Of a DNA stretch of 64,000 bases, positions 61,633 through 64,000 are shown in pieces. Position numbers and translations under genes: made by a program. Where the stretch lies: assembly GCA_010909165.1 (NCBI GenBank), contig MU008151.1, positions 682,001 through 746,000 on the forward strand. The letters run 5' to 3'. The DNA comes from Anthoceros angustus (taxonomy: Eukaryota; Plantae; Anthocerotophyta). Positions within the stretch are counted from its first letter, which is position 1. The number at the start of each line of letters is the position of its first letter. The notes under the pieces were generated by a model, which was given only the letters and a program-made list of their open reading frames with translations, did not search any database and was not told where the DNA came from.

Positions 61633-61983
61633 TCCAGGATGCCAGCGCCAACAAAGGGGAAAGCCTTCGGGTCGTCCAACTGTGGTATATTATAAACCCT
61701 AAACTTGTGACAGGGGAGGATCCTGCTCTGGGAAAGCCCCATCTGGAGGAGATCCTGCTCAGGGCTTCATTTCGCACATTGAGCTCGTTTGAAAAGTCTG
61801 CAAAGACTCCAGGATGCCAGCGCCAACAAAGGGGAAAGCCTTCGGGTCGTCCAACTGTGGTATATTATAAACCCTAAACTTGTGACAGGGGAGGATCCTG
61901 CTCTGGGAAAGCCCCATCTGGAGGAGATCCTGCTCAGGGCTTCATTTCGCACATTGAGCTCGTTTGAAAAGTCTGCAAAGACT
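61633..61983. repeat. 175-bp tandem duplication
   Basis: CTCCAGGATGCCAGCGCC...GTCTGCAAAGACTC occurs twice. Confidence 0.9.
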
Positions 61984-62749
61984 CGATCAGGATTTCTTGC
62001 CGGACATGGTAGGAGGAATTCCTTCTGCTTCTCCTCCCAGCACCTAGTCCTCCACTTCCCAGCACCTAGTCTCTAGGTTCTACTTGCTCGGTGGCTCGTT
62101 TTGGAAAACACTTGACACAGCCTTTCATCTAGGCTTGCCTGTTGTGGATCTATCCCTATCCAATGTCTTAACAAATCGCCCATGCGAACTATTACCAAGC
62201 CTATTACCAAATTATTATCAAACAAAACTAAGGTATTTTCCATTACCATTCTACTTTTCAAGATGTAATACGGCTTGAAATTAGTCGTTGTCATCGTGTA
62301 TGTGGGCAGAGAGTATCCTACACACCTCCCTATGCCTCTACCCTCGTCGATTATGAACTGCCAATCTCATGTCTTCAAACATTCAGCTAACCTAACGTCA
62401 ATGTTCAAAAATGCTTCCAACAATTAGGTCTACTTCCTTTAATGATAACTAACCTGCAGAATACCAGGCAGTACGGGATGGCACTGGAAGACACTAAGGA
62501 GGATCCATTCACGTGGGAGGCTGAGGTGGTTTAAAGGCTTCTACCTGGGCAAGAATTGAACAGGTGATAAGAAACTGTCAAGGGGCCATAGGAATAACAG
62601 CTTTGTCAAGGTTGGGTAGGAATCAAGAGTCATTGCCCGGCACATGTTGACGATATCATGCACGTTTTCTTGCGTGCCCTGGAGAAAGCATCACGCTTCT
62701 AAAACATAGTTTAAAATCGGTATTCACAGACTTGCGCCCATGACGGAGA

Positions 62750-63140
62750 TGTCGTCCACAACAGGTGAGCTTGAAAGCAAGCTGGCACTGGCCTGACAAG
62801 TACTTGCAAGGAAGAAGAAAGTGCGAATTGGAGGGCTGCGATGTACGCAGTGATGGATGAACTCGTCAGTGTCCAGCAATAATGCAAGGCTGGGCCACCT
62901 GTCTGTGTCCTTCTGGAACGCGTCAATCAGGGATGCTTCTTCGGGCCATGCCGTCCACAACAGATGAGCTTGAAAGGAAGCTGGCACTGGCCTGACAAGT
63001 ACTTGCAAGGGACATGAGAGCGCGAACTGGAGGGCTGCGATGTACACAGTGATGGCTGAACTCGTCAGTGTCCAGCAATAATGCTGGGCCACCTGCCTGT
63101 GTCCTTCTCTGGGACGCGTCAGTCAGGGATGCTTCTTCGG
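62750..63140. repeat. ~185-bp diverged tandem duplication
   Basis: GTCCACAACAG.TGAGCTTGAAAG.AAGCTGGCACTGGCCTGACAAGTACTTGCAAGG occurs twice. Confidence 0.85.
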
Positions 63141-63341
63141 GATGGGACTTCGCAAGGATATGACTTCGTCAGGATGTGACTCCATCAAAGCATAAGGCTT
63201 TAGTATCCATCCCCAGGCAGGCGTGAGGCCATATAGCCTGGCTACCAGGGCTATCCATTCCACTCCATTCCACGCCTTTCAAATCCCATTTCAGTTCTTC
63301 CCAACTTCCATCCAGGCTGCAGCTGTTCCAAGAGCAATACG

Positions 63342-64000
63342 ATGGGCGACAGCGTGAAGGTGGCAAGCATCGGCATCCCTTTGTTCCAGGGCTTCACTGC
63401 TCTGGACCTAATTGGGCCTTACGAATGTCTGTGGCAGCTGGAAGGCGTGCATGTGTATTTGGTGGGTGCCGAGGAGGGCCAGCAGTATACGACAGACAGC
63501 CAGATGGTCACTCACTGCAACTAGATCATACAAAACCCTGCCCAACCCGGACGTCATCCTTGTTCCTGGAGGCTTGACGCTGTACGAAACTTCCAAAGCC
63601 GATGGGTGGGAGGAAGGGCAATGGAAGGCCATCATCGACTGGGTCCGGCAGGTGAGTCCTGACTGACCAACTCTGTTTCCTTCATCAAATGGACATCTCA
63701 GGAATGCAGAAATGTGCTAATTGCAGGCCCACCAGACATCCAAGTACACGACGTCTGTCTGCACAGGAGCATTGATCCTGGCTGCAGGGCTGCTCAAAGG
63801 GCCAACGTCACCACACATTGGATAGCAAGGAGGAGATCCAGAGGCCTGAATATGGGCGACTTACGTCCCGAAGCGAGTCGTGTGGGTAGATGAGGTGAGC
63901 ACACCGACACCGTGCACTACATGACTGCATACCACTTGCTGCTTAGATAGTCATTGAACAAACTTACAAGTCATCTGGGCGGGCTGCAGGAGAACTCCAA
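63342..64000 (+). CDS. DJ-1/PfpI family protein of the isocyanide hydratase (InhA)-like type; spliced, runs off the window
   Basis: LFQGFTALDLIGP, DVILVPGG, TSVCTGALILAA.GLLKG, TTHW, KRVV. GT-AG introns at 63652-63726 and 63895-63989. Frameshifts present. Confidence 0.85.

Overview
Eukaryotic nuclear DNA from a non-seed land plant. DYW:KP-type PPR editing genes point to a hornwort, fern or lycophyte; a hornwort is my best guess but cannot be proven here. Single-base indels break almost every ORF and look like unpolished long-read errors, so pseudogene status is generally undecidable. 1-15.7 kb is transposon-rich: a minus-strand Ty1/copia element, a TA-flanked MITE, and a complete Ty3/gypsy chromovirus (8003-14933) with both LTRs, PBS, TSD and chromodomain. 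16-62.5 kb is a rearranged cluster of two interleaved gene families. The first is TORNADO1-like LRR-Roc-COR (ROCO) genes: two full copies inside an ~8.3 kb segmental duplication plus many sense and antisense fragments. Their sequence differences concentrate in the exposed LxxLxLxx strands of the LRRs, an immune-receptor-like signature. The second is PLS-PPR genes with an N-terminal OSB-type PDF (WWDNR) motif: two end in DYW:KP (U-to-C-type) deaminases and a third is truncated. The cluster shows many microhomology junctions, templated insertions and fold-back inversions. It also holds a tRNA-Leu(CAA) abutting a tandem array with 5S-like repeats and CRE-like (restriction-like endonuclease) retrotransposon tails. 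An intron-containing isocyanide-hydratase-type DJ-1/PfpI gene starts at the right edge.
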